A DNA stretch of 64,000 bases. It comes from Geosiphon pyriformis uo1. Lineage: Eukaryota; Fungi; Glomeromycota. A program made the position numbers and the translations under genes. Numbering within the stretch: position 1 is the stretch's first letter; the number at the start of each line of letters is the position of its first letter. The stretch covers positions 1,028,241 to 1,092,240 of the forward strand of contig JAAOMT010000494.1 in the NCBI GenBank assembly GCA_016748015.1. Reading direction: 5' to 3'. The notes under the pieces were generated by a model that had not been told where the DNA came from, did no database searches, and saw only the letters and a list, made by a program, of their open reading frames with translations. Below are positions 23,400 through 36,100 of this stretch, piece by piece.

Positions 23400-25200
23400 A
23401 ATTTGTAAATTTATTTAATAATAATAAGTATTATAAATTTTAATATATTTTGTTATTAATGTTTTTAAATTGTTTTTGTTTTATTAAAATATTTTATTAA
23501 TAAATTAGTATATTTATTATATATTATAATTTTTTTATTTAAATTAAATAATTTTTTGTAATTAATTAAAATTTTTTTAATTTTTTTAATATAATTGGTT
23601 TTAATAACCAAATAATAATTCAATTATTTTTATAAATATTTTTATTATTATTAATTATAATTTAATAAATACTACTTTTTATTTAAAAGTTTTATAAATA
23701 TTAAATAATTTTTTAAATTTATTATAATTAAAATATTAATAATTTAAAATTTGTTGAAGTTTTTTTTATTATTAGTTTGTTAATAAAAATAAATATTTGT
23801 ATTTTAATAATTTTTTTTTAATATTTGATTTTATAATTAAATAAATTTAATTATAAAATTTAGTAAATATATTTCAAATTTTATGTTGTTATTAAAACTA
23901 TTTTTGTTTATTAATTAGTTTTAGTAAAAACATTAAAATTTTTTTGTGCTTAATTAAAAAAAAATTATTATTTTATATAATATTTTTGATCAGTTTATTA
24001 TTTTTTAAATATATAGTTAATTTGTTTTATTTTTTGGGTTAAATTTAATTGGTATTTAAAATATACAATTGTTGTTTTTTGTTTAAAAACTGTTTTAAAA
24101 ATTGTTATTATTAAATTAATATATTAAAAAAGAGTTATATTTAATAAAAAGTTTCTAAATATTAATATTATTTTAAATATTAAGATCTAAACTATTCGGT
24201 TTTTAATTATCAAATATTTTTATTTTTTTTTAAAGATTTTATTTAGTTTATAATTAACCCCAAATTTTTTAAGTTTTGCTAATATAAAATTTTATGACAA
24301 AATTGTTATTTTTTTAGTTTTTTTACTATTACTATAATTGTTAATTTAGTTATTAGTTTTAAGTTGGCTTTTTTGAAATTTAAACTGATTAAATTGGTTT
24401 GTTAATTAAATTTATTGTTAAATTTATTAATACTTTGGTTTTTTTTAATTACAAGTTAATTGGTATTTTTTTTTAAATAATTAATTAAAAAGTTTTTGTA
24501 ATTAAAAATATTTTTAACAATTTTGGAAGAGTTGTTAATAATTTAAGCAAAAAAATTATTAGTTTAAAATAAAATATAATATAAATAATAATAATATATT
24601 TAATAATAATCTGAATTTTTTTATAAATAAAAATATTTTGCCAAAATAATAAAGTTTTAAAAGTTTTAAACTTTTAATATCAAATTTAATATAAATAAAA
24701 CTATTATATAATTGGCTAATTTGTTTTTAATAATAATAGTTTAATTATTATTATATACTAAATAACTGCTTTAAATAAGTTTATTTTATTAAATTTAACT
24801 TAAATAATTAGTTATATATAAAAATTATATAAATTAAAATTATTTATAAGATTTTTAATTTTATATTATAGTTAATAATTAGATTTTACTTTGTTAAAAT
24901 ATAAAAAAGCATCTAATTATAAAAATTTATTCAGAAAAAATATCTATAATAATGTATTAAAAAAAATATTATTTTTGTTGTTATATTTTTAAACATATAT
25001 TTTTTAATTTCTTACCAGTTTTTTTAATAGCTGTTTTTTATTTAATAATAATATATACTTTTATTATATTAATTATAGTTTGTTTTTTAATAATTAAAAT
25101 AGCATTAAAATTAATATTTATAAAAAAAATTAAAAAAATTTTAAATATTTTAATTTAAAAAATTATATTAATTAAAAATATTATATTATTTGTATTTATA
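23400..25200. other. Extremely AT-rich tract, probably very old decayed TE
   Basis: Almost devoid of G/C, no ORFs of 60 aa or more, flanked by TEs. No family could be assigned by eye. Confidence 0.4.
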
Positions 25201-25372
25201 ATTATAATAAAAACTTCTTTTTTTCTTATGTTCCAAATTCCTGAAATAGCACATTTTTGAAGAAGTTTTTGTTTTTTTATTTGTTTTTATTTTTTACTTT
25301 TGCTTGGTTTTCACAATTTCTCAACTCACCAACCCTTTTGTTGTCTCTTTGGTATCTGACACTGTTAACATT

Positions 25373-27199
25373 ATGTCCACAAAGAAATCAGCCAGAAGTG
25401 CTGCTACAAGTTTTGTAAGTGATAGTTTGAGACAAAAATCAAAGGTTTTGCTTGGTAAAGTTAAACACTCAGATGACAAAGCTGATTTATCTTTCAAATT
25501 ACCTATAAGCAAGCCTGGCCAGTACAAAAACATGGATACCTCTTCCGAAAAAAAGCTGGGACATAAGTTGGACAAAAACTTAGGCTATGGTGCTGGCAGC
25601 AAGAGTGATGGGCCATTGGACTCTTGTACCAACACCCCAAAGGCTAAATGTTTTAACTCTGATATGGTGAAGGTTCCATCTTTGGGGCCCTGTGACTTTG
25701 GCTCTGCTGTTGACAATGTCAACATGGACTTACCTCCCCCTGTTTCTTTGAAATTTTCTCTTTATTTGGTTACTTCTGTCAAAGAGAGACTCTGCTTCAA
25801 ACCAACCAAATCCTTCACACTCAACATTGGTTTGTCAGCCATTCCTGGAAATACTCTGCATGACAAACTCAAGAGTGTCAAAAAGCTGTTCTACAAAGTT
25901 GATGGTTTTGGGGGTGTGTCAACTCCATCAAAATTTCCAGGCATTGTTAGGGCATTTTTCATATTTGAATCCAGTCTCGCTTTGGCTAAACAGTTGGCTG
26001 TGTCTGAAAATCTTATTGTTAACACTGATCTAAAGAAGATTGGCATACAATCAGATTGAGAAATTGTTATCAAGAAAATTCCGGTTGATCTGCCCAAATC
26101 AGCAATTGAGTCAGCTTTGGTCAAGTATGAGAAAATTTTTTCAATCAAAATGCAGCTGATTGGTCTCTGGCAGAAAGCACTTGTGAAGTTTAAGAGTTCT
26201 CAAGTTGCTGATCTGGTTGCATCCAAATGGTCAATCTTGCTGAGTAAGAACTTGGCATGAGTTGTCAAAGCCAATGCTAACAAACAAATATGGAATTTAA
26301 GAGACAGCTATCATGCTCTCCTATACACTCTGTTGATGGGCACAACTGCCCATGATCTCTCAAATCTGGTCCAGTCATATGGTGAGAAGACTTGCTATAT
26401 TTCTAGAAATTCGGTATCTTACACATAAGCCCAATGTGCTGTCATATGCTTTGACTCTAAAGAAGCCAGAGAGACTGCTATTTGCTCTATGCTAATATTT
26501 AAGAGTATCAACCTCATTTGGGCTGGTTTGTTATCTTCTAAGTGTGCCACATGTGGCAATTTTGGTCACGTTTCCTCTGGATATAGCAATGGTGAGAAAA
26601 CCTTTGGGCTGGGTTTCAAAAAAAGATTTCTTTGTTCTGATTTGGATAAAAAATGCCTTGTGTTCATTTATGCCAAAAAACAAGCTCTCATGTCTTGTCC
26701 TGTCTTCTTTGGTGGTATGACTTGGGCTTCTGTGATAAGCGGCTTCTCTAAAAATTTGTCTTCTACACCATTTGTTGAAACCAATATAAACATAAGACTG
26801 GTCGGCGGTTTGACACCTGAAGTTGCAATTTTAGCTTTGTGTGTTAGTGTCTTCGAGCATTTGTTTAAAAATGTGTCTGATCAGATAGCTGACATTTCAT
26901 GTAAGCTGGACAGGTTGTTGGCAGTTTTGTCAGCGAGTTTTGTTGTTTCACCCACTTCCGACCATAACCCTGTGCTGGATATGGCTGTTGACACTCCATT
27001 ATTTGTTCCTTCTGTGCCTAGTGTGATTGCTACTGTCGCCCATAACATTTCTTCAAGTGGTTCCTGAGTTTTAACTGTAAAAGTAGGTGGCCTGGAGGCT
27101 AGCCTGTTGGTTCTAGAGAATTCAATTAAAACAATAATGAATAAGTTGGACTCTTTTGGTTCTGGCAGTGGTGTGGTAATCCATTCTCTTCTCCAATGA
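25373..27199 (+). pseudogene. LINE ORF1 (gag-like, degenerate CCHC knuckle)
   Basis: ORFs 25304 and 26489 are in the same frame; CATCGNFGHVSSGY = CX2CX4HX4(C>Y); final TGA at 27197-27199. Confidence 0.85.
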
Positions 27200-30100
27200 G
27201 TAGTTTAGTCTGGAAGATTGCTACTTGTAATGTTAGAGGTATGAATGTTCCTATTAAGCAGGAAGACATTGTTAGGTGGCATACGATTTTGAATAATGAC
27301 ATTTCAATAATTACTAAGACTAAGCTTCGCTCCAGTGTCAAGCCTTGGATCACAAATAAGTTTCCTGGTGTGAGAATGTTTACTTCAAGTCTGGATGTTG
27401 GGTTTTTAGGTGCAAGTGTTGCTTTAATTATGAATGAAAATTTAGCCAAGGATGTTTCAAAAATCTCTGAGATTCTGGGTAGGCTCTTAATGGTTTGATT
27501 ACTATTCAAAAACAAACAATCCATCTCTGTGTTGGGTTTGTAGGTGGAGGTCTCTTAGAATAGGCATACAATTTAGGCTGATCTCATTAACTCTTTTATA
27601 GCCAGGACTTGTAATGAGAGTACTTTTGTTATATTAGATGGTGATTTCAATAAAGATGGGAACAAACGTAGCTCTAGCTTTAGTAAATGTGTAGATCTTG
27701 GCTTAGTCAATGCATTAGTTAATAGTTTCTACATTAAGACTTCTATTTGGAGTAATTCCAGAGGCATTGAAAGAACCATTGATTTTGTTTTTGTTTCACA
27801 GAGTTTGAGTAATGCTTTGATAAATAGGCGAGTTGTGAATGTAGATGAGTTTTTTAATACTGATCACAGTTCTGTTCAAATTACAATTGGTCTTGGTAAG
27901 ATTTTGGATCCTGTTTTGAGAGCTATTCATGTTCAAGCCAATAGAGACAAGTGGAAGTTTAATGTCAAAAATGCTGATAGGGTTAAATGGAAGTGATATA
28001 GAAATGCATCTTGTGAGAATTTTGCCATGTTCTCCAATGAGTTTGCAGATTTTTACTGTTTGTCTGATTTGGATGGTATGCGATATGTTATTTGCAAAGC
28101 CATTTGTTTCTTGATAAATGAAGTTTTCTCAAAGACCTGGTCTAAAAATTTTGATGGTGGTTATACCAAGTGCTCTTCTTGTTTTCATAGATTAAAACTT
28201 TTGGTTTCTAAATTGGTGAAGGCCTCATGTTCTGTGTTATCAGATGAGTTTGTTTTTTTTTTGGACGTTTAGATCTCTTTGGATTCTGTTAATGCTTCTG
28301 CTGTTAAATCTCTCTTCCTTTTGGAATTTCATTTTAATGTTATCAGATCAGTTTTGGCAAAGATTAAGAAATATTATCATTTACTTAAGATGATAGAATC
28401 GAAATGTGTTCGGGATTTTCAGATCAAGCTGGCAATTGACAAAAAAATGGAAAACTTTGGGTTAAATAAAGGCCAGATTATTAGAAGTGTACTTGAGAGA
28501 CTATTTTGCAAAGTTACATTGGATTATTTGGTTGTGAATGAGAATCTTATTTTGGAACCTGGTTTGGTTAAATTTCATGTCGATAGGATTATGAAGGGAT
28601 AAACCAGAAAGCGTATGGTAGTTGGTGATGTTTCGGATGACTGGAGTCACCAGTTTAAACCCTTAGAGTATGTCTTCAATGATGTTTTTTCAAATATTAT
28701 GCACCCAATTGAAGCAGATAAGTTTTTTGGTGTGGTTCTGGATCTGTCTAATAATAAAGCTGCTGGTCTTTTTGGTATTTCAAATAAGCTATGGAAACAT
28801 TGTGACAGATTTGTTCTGGATTTGCTTTTGGTCTTTTTGAATTCTTGTTTGGTTTATGAAGCTGTTCCAAGCCCTTGGAAAAAGGCCTGAGTGTCTATGA
28901 TTCCTAAATCCTATAACTGGGAGGGAATTTTTACGAATACTTGACCTATTGTGCTAATTGAGAGTGCTCATAAAATTCTCTTCAAAATTCTCTTTAACAG
29001 GATCTCTTTGGTGTGTAGTAAGTATGATGTTTTTTGTGGTAACAATTTTTTGGTCCTTAAAGGTATGACAATACAGTCTCCTATTTTTGCTATTGGTTCA
29101 GTAGTCAAGAATACTTTGGAAAAGAATCACAAACTTTGATTAGTTTTACAAGACATAAGAAAAGCATATGATTTGGTTGGCTGGAAACATTTAAAAAAAA
29201 GTTTGGTCAAAATCAAGATGTGCAGTAATTTCATAAGATTTTTTGGGAATATTCACAATGGTCACACGAACAGAGTAATGACTGATTTTGGGTTGATTGA
29301 TAGTTATAGTGTTTGTGATGGCTTGAATCAAAGGAAAGTGTTTTCACCTCTCCTTTGATGAATTTTTTATGACACTTTGCTGTGCAAAGTTAAGAAACAA
29401 GAGGCAGTGTATGGCTACAGGCTGAACTTATATTATATTATCAAGACTGGTTGTGTGGATCCACAGAATGGCTTTACATTTTTTTTTGCTGCAGGTGCTT
29501 TTGTCAATGACACTATATGAGTTGGTTCTAGTCAGATGGCCACACAACACATTCTCAATATTGCCAGTGAATTTTTCAGGTTAAGTGATATATTGATTAA
29601 CAATGACAAGACTATAGCAATCCCAATTAATTGTAGAGTAATGGCACTTTTTTTATCTATTAGTGATACTCCTATTTCTATTGCCAAAAAGGGGGTGTCT
29701 TACCATTATCTGGATGTTTTTCTTTCTTCTGATGGATTGTCTAAGCCCAACCTGGTCAAAACACATTCTAATGTTTAGTTTTTTGCTAATTTAGTACTGA
29801 AAAAAATGATTTCAGATAAACAGTTTTCTTACTTGATTTCAGTGATTTTTCATTCTATCATTGGTTACAGGATCCAGTTTAGCTTTGTTTCTGCTAGTGT
29901 GTGTCAAAAGTAGGATGTTTTGATTTGAAAAGACCTGAAACTGAAGTCGGGTCTCCCTCTAGATTTTTTTAATAATGTCTTATACCACTTTTCATTTTAT
30001 GGCTTAAAGACTTTTGAGCAAATTCAGGCTGAAAACAAGGTTGCCACTGTGGTGTGCTTTGCTAACTCTGTTAGAATTTTGGGCCAGTTGTTCATGCATA

Positions 30101-31884
30101 GGTCGCATGACTTGCAGGTCTCAAGTTGACATCCAGTACATCCCTTGTGTTCTCTAGTTTGCATTAGTGTTAATCTTTTGAACAACTTCTTGGCAGGTGT
30201 GGTTTAAGTCTTTCTTGACTCTGGTCTATCTTTGGGCAACCTTGTTTGTAATGTTTTTCACTTCTGGAATGGAACTCTTTTATCAGAGATCCATGGTAAG
30301 TCAATGTATTTCAGGTGTCTCTCCTCCCTTCATTATTATGGAATAGCTTTTATTGAGCAGCTTTGATGCCAAAATGGTGCTGTCTTTGATTGGAAAACTT
30401 TCAAGCAGTGAAAGAGGCTCGACTTGCATGGCTCTGTTTCTGTCTGGTTTGCTGTTGCTGTTTGACATCTTTATATTGCTGGTTTTTTTAATATTGGCTT
30501 ATCCCCTCTGGTTGTTACCTCTGTAAAAAACATTCTTGATTTCCATGAATTTAAATCAGTGCATAATCAGTTGTCTGGTCTTGGTGCCTTTGATTTTTCT
30601 GTATACATGGATGGTTCTCTTTGTGACTTGGAAGGCGTGAATATGAAAGCTGGTACTGCCGTGTTCTTCAAGGACATTAATTTGGGTCTTGAAGTGGAGG
30701 TGTTTGACATGGTTTCTTCTATATTAGTAGAGCTTCAGGCCAATGTATTGGCTCTTGAGTGTGTGCCTAATTCAAGTTCAGTCCATCTATTCTCTGACAG
30801 CCAAGCTGTACTGGATGCATGTAAATCTGAATTATTATTGTTGGCTCTGAATTTTCGAAACAAATGTTGGGTTGAGTGTTAGCACATTGCTGGAATTATA
30901 CATGACAGGAATTTGGACATTGGCTGGCATAAGGTCAAAGGTTACTTAAATGTTCCGGGTAATGATAGAGCTGACTTGCTTGCTGGTGTTTCTTCCCATT
31001 TGGGCCAGCTCCTTCATCTTTGGCTCAAGGAATGTTTTATCTTGGCTAATTGCAATATTGTTTCTGGAAACTCTAGACATTTTGTTTATGATATTTTTCA
31101 GTATATTTATTATGCAAGCTAAAAGGTTGGCTCTGGCACCAAAATTGTGAACAGTCGTATTCTTCCAGATATTAATTGGTTTAAGTCATCTTTTGTTTGG
31201 CATCCTGACTCTCACATGGCTGCTGGCTTCACAAGTTGTCATTCAGCCAGCTCCTATTTTTATTTTATGAAAGCTTTACATCATAGACTACTTGTTGCTA
31301 TTCAAAAATGTCTCTATGATAGACATTATCCCAGTGTGGTATGCTTATATTACAGCAATATTGAGTTGTTGGACTATGTTTTCTCTTGTGCATTTAATGT
31401 GGCTGCTCAGTTCCAGTTGTTTGTTGATTTTGTCTCCACTTGGAGAACTGTTTCTGGTCTGTTTCATGTCTTCTCTCATGTATCACAAATGCTATACAAT
31501 TGTTTGGCTGATTTGGAATTTGTTGCCTCACTGTGCAAAGGTTTTGTGTTTGTGAATTGGTGCCAAGAGGCCACTTCTTGCTTTAACAACTCTAAGGTTG
31601 TATTTGATAAAGTGGTTGAGTTTGTTTGCAGTTTGTGCCTGTCTTTTAGGAATGATATTTGGCTGGTCCATTCCAAGCATTGTGCCTATATGAAGAAACA
31701 TGGTCTGATCTTTTGTAATGGTTTGATTTCTGTCTCAGTGTCTAGTGACATGTTAGTATTTTTGGTCCGAATAGTTAGATTGCTTGGTATTGATGATGCG
31801 TTTGATGTTAGTTTTGGACTGCACAGCTCCTGCCAGTTTTTTTCAGGTATAAGTAATTTGGTTTCTGTGCATGTGAGTATGTAG
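27196..31884 (+). pseudogene. LINE ORF2 (AP endonuclease, reverse transcriptase, RNase H, C-terminal Cys/His region), 1562 codons with about 20 in-frame stops
   Basis: APE: KIATCNVRGMN, GDFN, IDFVF, TDH. RT: KAAG, QDIRKAYD, FSPLL, FVND (YADD equivalent). RNase H: VYMDGS, ELQA, SDSQA, WHKVKG, GNDRAD. All eleven main ORF fragments from 27196 to 31147 share one frame. Confidence 0.95.
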
Positions 31885-32358
31885 TGTAGTCTTGATTGGC
31901 TTGAGTGGCTAATCACATGTAGAAAAAGCATGATTTACATCTAATTTAGATCATTATTTTGATGTATTGTCACTAGACAGTGTTTAGACTTCACTCATTA
32001 AAATATAAAAAAAAAAATTATAGTTTTACAACTTAAAAAAAATTAATATTGTTATTAAAATTAGTATATTAAAAAAACTGTATTTAGTTATAAGTATTAT
32101 AATTGTAAAAATAGATATAACTGTTTTTTGGTTTTGTTAAAATACTTAATAATATATTTAACTTAAAAGATTTAATTTTAAATTAATTAATTGATTTTGT
32201 ATTAAATATTTAATAATTTAATACCAATTTTTTTAAAAAATTTTAATACAAAATTTAATTTAAGTTATTACTAATTTGGTAAATTTTATAATATAACTTA
32301 CAAAAACATAAAACTTTTTTAAATTAAATTTATAAAATAACAAGTCATTATTATTAAT

Positions 32359-32454
32359 GGTCACGTGTAGAAAAAGCATGAGCCACACTTAATATAGAAT
32401 CTTGTATAATTATATGTTTTTAGGTAGTGGTTGGGCTGCACTTATAAAAAAAAA
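32359..32454 (+). mobile_element. ~95-bp LINE 3' UTR + poly(A) insertion (extreme 5' truncation)
   Basis: GGTCACGTGTAGAAAAAGCATGA matches the 3' UTR motif AATCACATGTAGAAAAAGCATGA at ~31911-31933; ends in an A9 run. Possible TSD TATTAAT (weak). Confidence 0.7.
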
Positions 32455-32459
32455 GTATT

Positions 32460-35400
32460 AATTAAAATATAATTCCTTAAATTATAAACAATAATTTAAA
32501 CTAACTATAATATATTAAATATTAAATTTTTTATTTTATTTTTAATTGCTTTTTACATAAATAATAAATTTGAAAAATTTAAAATAAAACACCAAAAAAA
32601 TTATGAAAATTTAAAGTTATATTTAAAATAAAAACAAATAAGTTATTTAAAATATTTATTTTAATAAAATACATAATCTATATTAATTTTGTACTTTTTT
32701 TTTGTATTTTTACAATTACAATCAGAACAAAAAATAAAAAAAGCAATTATTATTTTATTTTTATTAGTTTTAATACTCAAAATTTTTTTAAAAGTTAAAA
32801 CAACTAAACAATATTTTTTTAAATAATAAGATTATAAAACAGTTTTTAATTACTAAAAAAGCACTATTTTTGGCTTTTATATAAAAGTTTTTTCTCATAC
32901 AAAATTTTTTTTTAGTGTTTTTACCAATTTTGTTGTAATTGTATTAATTACAATATTTAATTTCGCTCTGGCTATAAAAAATAATTTATTTTTTGTTTTA
33001 AATAATAGCAATAACAATATATTTATCAAAGCTAGTTTTAATTAGTACATAATTGGATTGCTTAATAAATTAATTTTTGGTTAATTTTTACCAGCTCTAA
33101 AAACAAAACAAATTATGTTTTTATACATAAATTTAACCAATTAATTTATTAGTTTATCTAATCTTAAGAATTAGATTAATAAGATAAAACCAAAACACTC
33201 TTTTTTTTGCTTTTTAAAAATAAAAAATAATTCCAAAATTTAAAGATTTTCTGAGTGGATGATTTTTACTCTAATGTTTAACAAAACTATTAAAATTAAA
33301 TTAGTTTATTTTAAAACTGTATTTTATTTTTTACATAATTTAATTTTTTTACATAATTTAATTGGTTTAGAATTTATTATTAAGAACAATATCAGATTTT
33401 TTTGTTTAAAGTTTTGTTTTTAAGTTTATTAAAATGCTTTTGTTAAAATTAAACTTATTAATTTTTTTTATTGTTTTCAAAGTTTTATAATTTTTTGTGA
33501 TATCTGGTTTTGTTTTTGCTGTTGTAACTTTATGTAAATATTTTCAAAAATGTTCTTCATGTTTTTAATAATATTTTGGATATTAAGCTAAAGTTTTTGG
33601 CTTATAATAATATCTTATTACGTATTTTAAGTTTTTTAAAACCGTTAAAGCTGTTCTTGCTTGTTAATTAATTTTGATAATAAAAAAAATTTTGAAATTT
33701 TTTTCTTTGTTAATTAAAAAAAAATTATTGTTTTTTAAAATGTTTTTAAAAACAACTTAGTTAATTTTTTTTGGCTATACAGGTTTTCAAATTAATGTTT
33801 AGCCTTGTTTTATTTTTTGGTTCTTTAATACCAATTATTATTAACAGTTTGCTATTATTATTTTTAAGTATAGAAAAACATTTAATAGAATATTTTTAAA
33901 ATTAGTATTTTATACAAAAGTTATATTTGGTAAAAAACTTTTGATTATTAATATTATTATAAGTAAAAAAATTTAAATTAAATAATTTTTAATTATAAAA
34001 CTGTTTTTTTTAATTTTCAAAAAAAATTTTAAATCTTTTCTTATATTCAAAGTTTCTGTTAATTAATTTACTAACTTAAAAACTTATGTTAAAACTATTT
34101 CTTTTTAATAAGATTCAGTTTTATTTTTTTAATAATTTTGTTAATAAAATATATAAATTTAAGATGAATTCTTTAAAATCAAAAATTGTAAAATTTGTTT
34201 GACTTGATAAAATTTATGATTAAAAAAATTGAATTTTTAATATATTTAATTACTTTTTTGTGGTTTTTAAACTAAATTTTAATATAAATATTAAAATTTG
34301 GTTTATTTACTTAAAAAATTAAATTAAATATATTTCTAATTTTATTACTAGTTTACTTAAAAGCTTATTTTAATTCAACAATAAAAAAAACAAAACTTAT
34401 AATTATTTTGAATTAGTGGTAATTAATTATAAAAATATAAAAGATAAAATTTTACAAAAATATAACAGAAAAATAAACATGTAATTATTAAAAATAAAGT
34501 TGTATTTATTAATTTAAGCTTAAAAAGCTAATTATATACAAAAAAAGCATGAGTCATATTTATTTTAAAGTTTTTTTTGCAGTATAATAATAAATAATAA
34601 ATGGATTACATTTGTTAATACCAAAAAAAACAAATAAGATATTTAAATATTAACTTAAATTTTTAAGTTTTATAAAATCAATATTTAATTAACTATATTA
34701 TTGTGTACATTTAAAAAAAATTATTTTATTAATATATTATACATAAAAAAATTATATTTATTATAATTAAAACCAAGCTTTAAATTTTGTTTTTTATAAT
34801 AAATTTATTTATATTTTTACAAATTTTTTTAAATAATTAGCCAAATCAGTTATAATTAAAATTATATTTTAAATTTGTGTTTTTAAAAAAAAAATTTTAG
34901 TTTTTATATTTAACTTAATTACAATTAAAAAAATATTATAAATTAATAACTTAAATATAAAATAAAATTAACAAATTATATTTTAATATTAATAACTTAA
35001 GAATAACTTTATTAAATTAAAAAAAACAATTTTATAAATTAAAGCCAAGTAATTTAATTTTTAATATATGTAATAATATTTATATTCAAAAACCGAAACT
35101 TTAAAATGAATAATAATATATTATTACAAATTATTAAATTTTAATTTAATACTAACAATTTTATTAATATATTAAAAATATTTTAATAAGTTTAATAACA
35201 ATATTTAAAAAATTCTAAAATATAAATTCTATACAAAACAGCTTAATATTGTTTTTAACAGTTATTTTAAAACCAAAAAATCATATAATAACTAAAATAC
35301 AGTTTTAATAAAAATAAATAATAATGTTAATTGCTTTTTGGCTTTTCTGTTTTTTTGGTTATTTAAGTAATAATAATAGTAATAACTAAAGAAAATAATA

Positions 35401-36100
35401 ACTTGTTAAAATTTTTTAATTTTTTTTTAATAATTGTAATAACACTAAAACTATTTTTAATGTGTTACTTAAATAAAACTTTGACTTGAAAATAACATTT
35501 AATTAAAAAAACAATGTTTTTAAAAAACTAAAAATTATTTAAATTTTTATTATTTAAAAAAAGCACTTTACAATGTTTAGTCTAGATGTTTTTACAATTA
35601 AGAAAACTTTTTGGTTTGTTGTTTTCTTAGCTATTATAAAAAAAATGAAGATTGTTTCTTTTTTACTCTTTGCGTTAGTTCTGATTATAAAAATTAGAAA
35701 AAAAAGATTTTTATTATTATTTTACAATATTGTATTTTATTTATAAAAAAAAACAAATCAATAATTTTAAACTAGTTATATAAGTTAAAAATATTTTCAC
35801 AATATGTGGCAACACATTTTCATAATGGTTTTTTTATTTTTGATGGTTTATTTTTTGTAAATTTTGTTTTTGAAAATTTATAAATTTTTAAGTTTATATA
35901 AGTGATTTTTAATCAATTCTTTTTTATTTTTCAACATAATATGTTAATTTCAATTATTAATTTGAAGCTTTAAATTTCAAAATAAATTCATTAAATAATA
36001 TATTAGGTCTAAAAGTTATATAAATAATTTTAATATTGAAAATACTTGAAACAAAGTTTTTTTTAAAAAAATCTATTTATTTTGATTAAAAGATAAAAAG
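32460..36100. other. Extremely AT-rich decayed TE tract; includes a LINE 3' UTR relic at ~34525-34630
   Basis: AAAAAAGCATGAGTCATA motif followed ~60 bp later by an A run; the rest is unassignable, CpG-poor and lacks ORFs. Confidence 0.4.

Larger units (their letters stand above)
25214..32017 (+). mobile_element. Full-length (6.8 kb) non-LTR retrotransposon (LINE) with ORF1 and APE-RT-RNaseH ORF2, poly(A) tail; inactivated
   Basis: 5' end shared with the copy ending at 1802. Two long stop-interrupted frames, ~120-bp 3' UTR, A tail at 32007-32017. Clade not determined. Confidence 0.95.

Noticed and set aside
27196-31884. Alternative genetic code (stop reassignment) or group II intron/retron RT
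   Set aside because: All three stop types occur at positions of different expected residues, host genes use the standard code, and APE + RNase H + poly(A) identify a LINE.
25200-32030. Target-site duplication for the full-length LINE
   Set aside because: Only a short AATTATA-like match in very AT-rich flanks; not distinguishable from chance.
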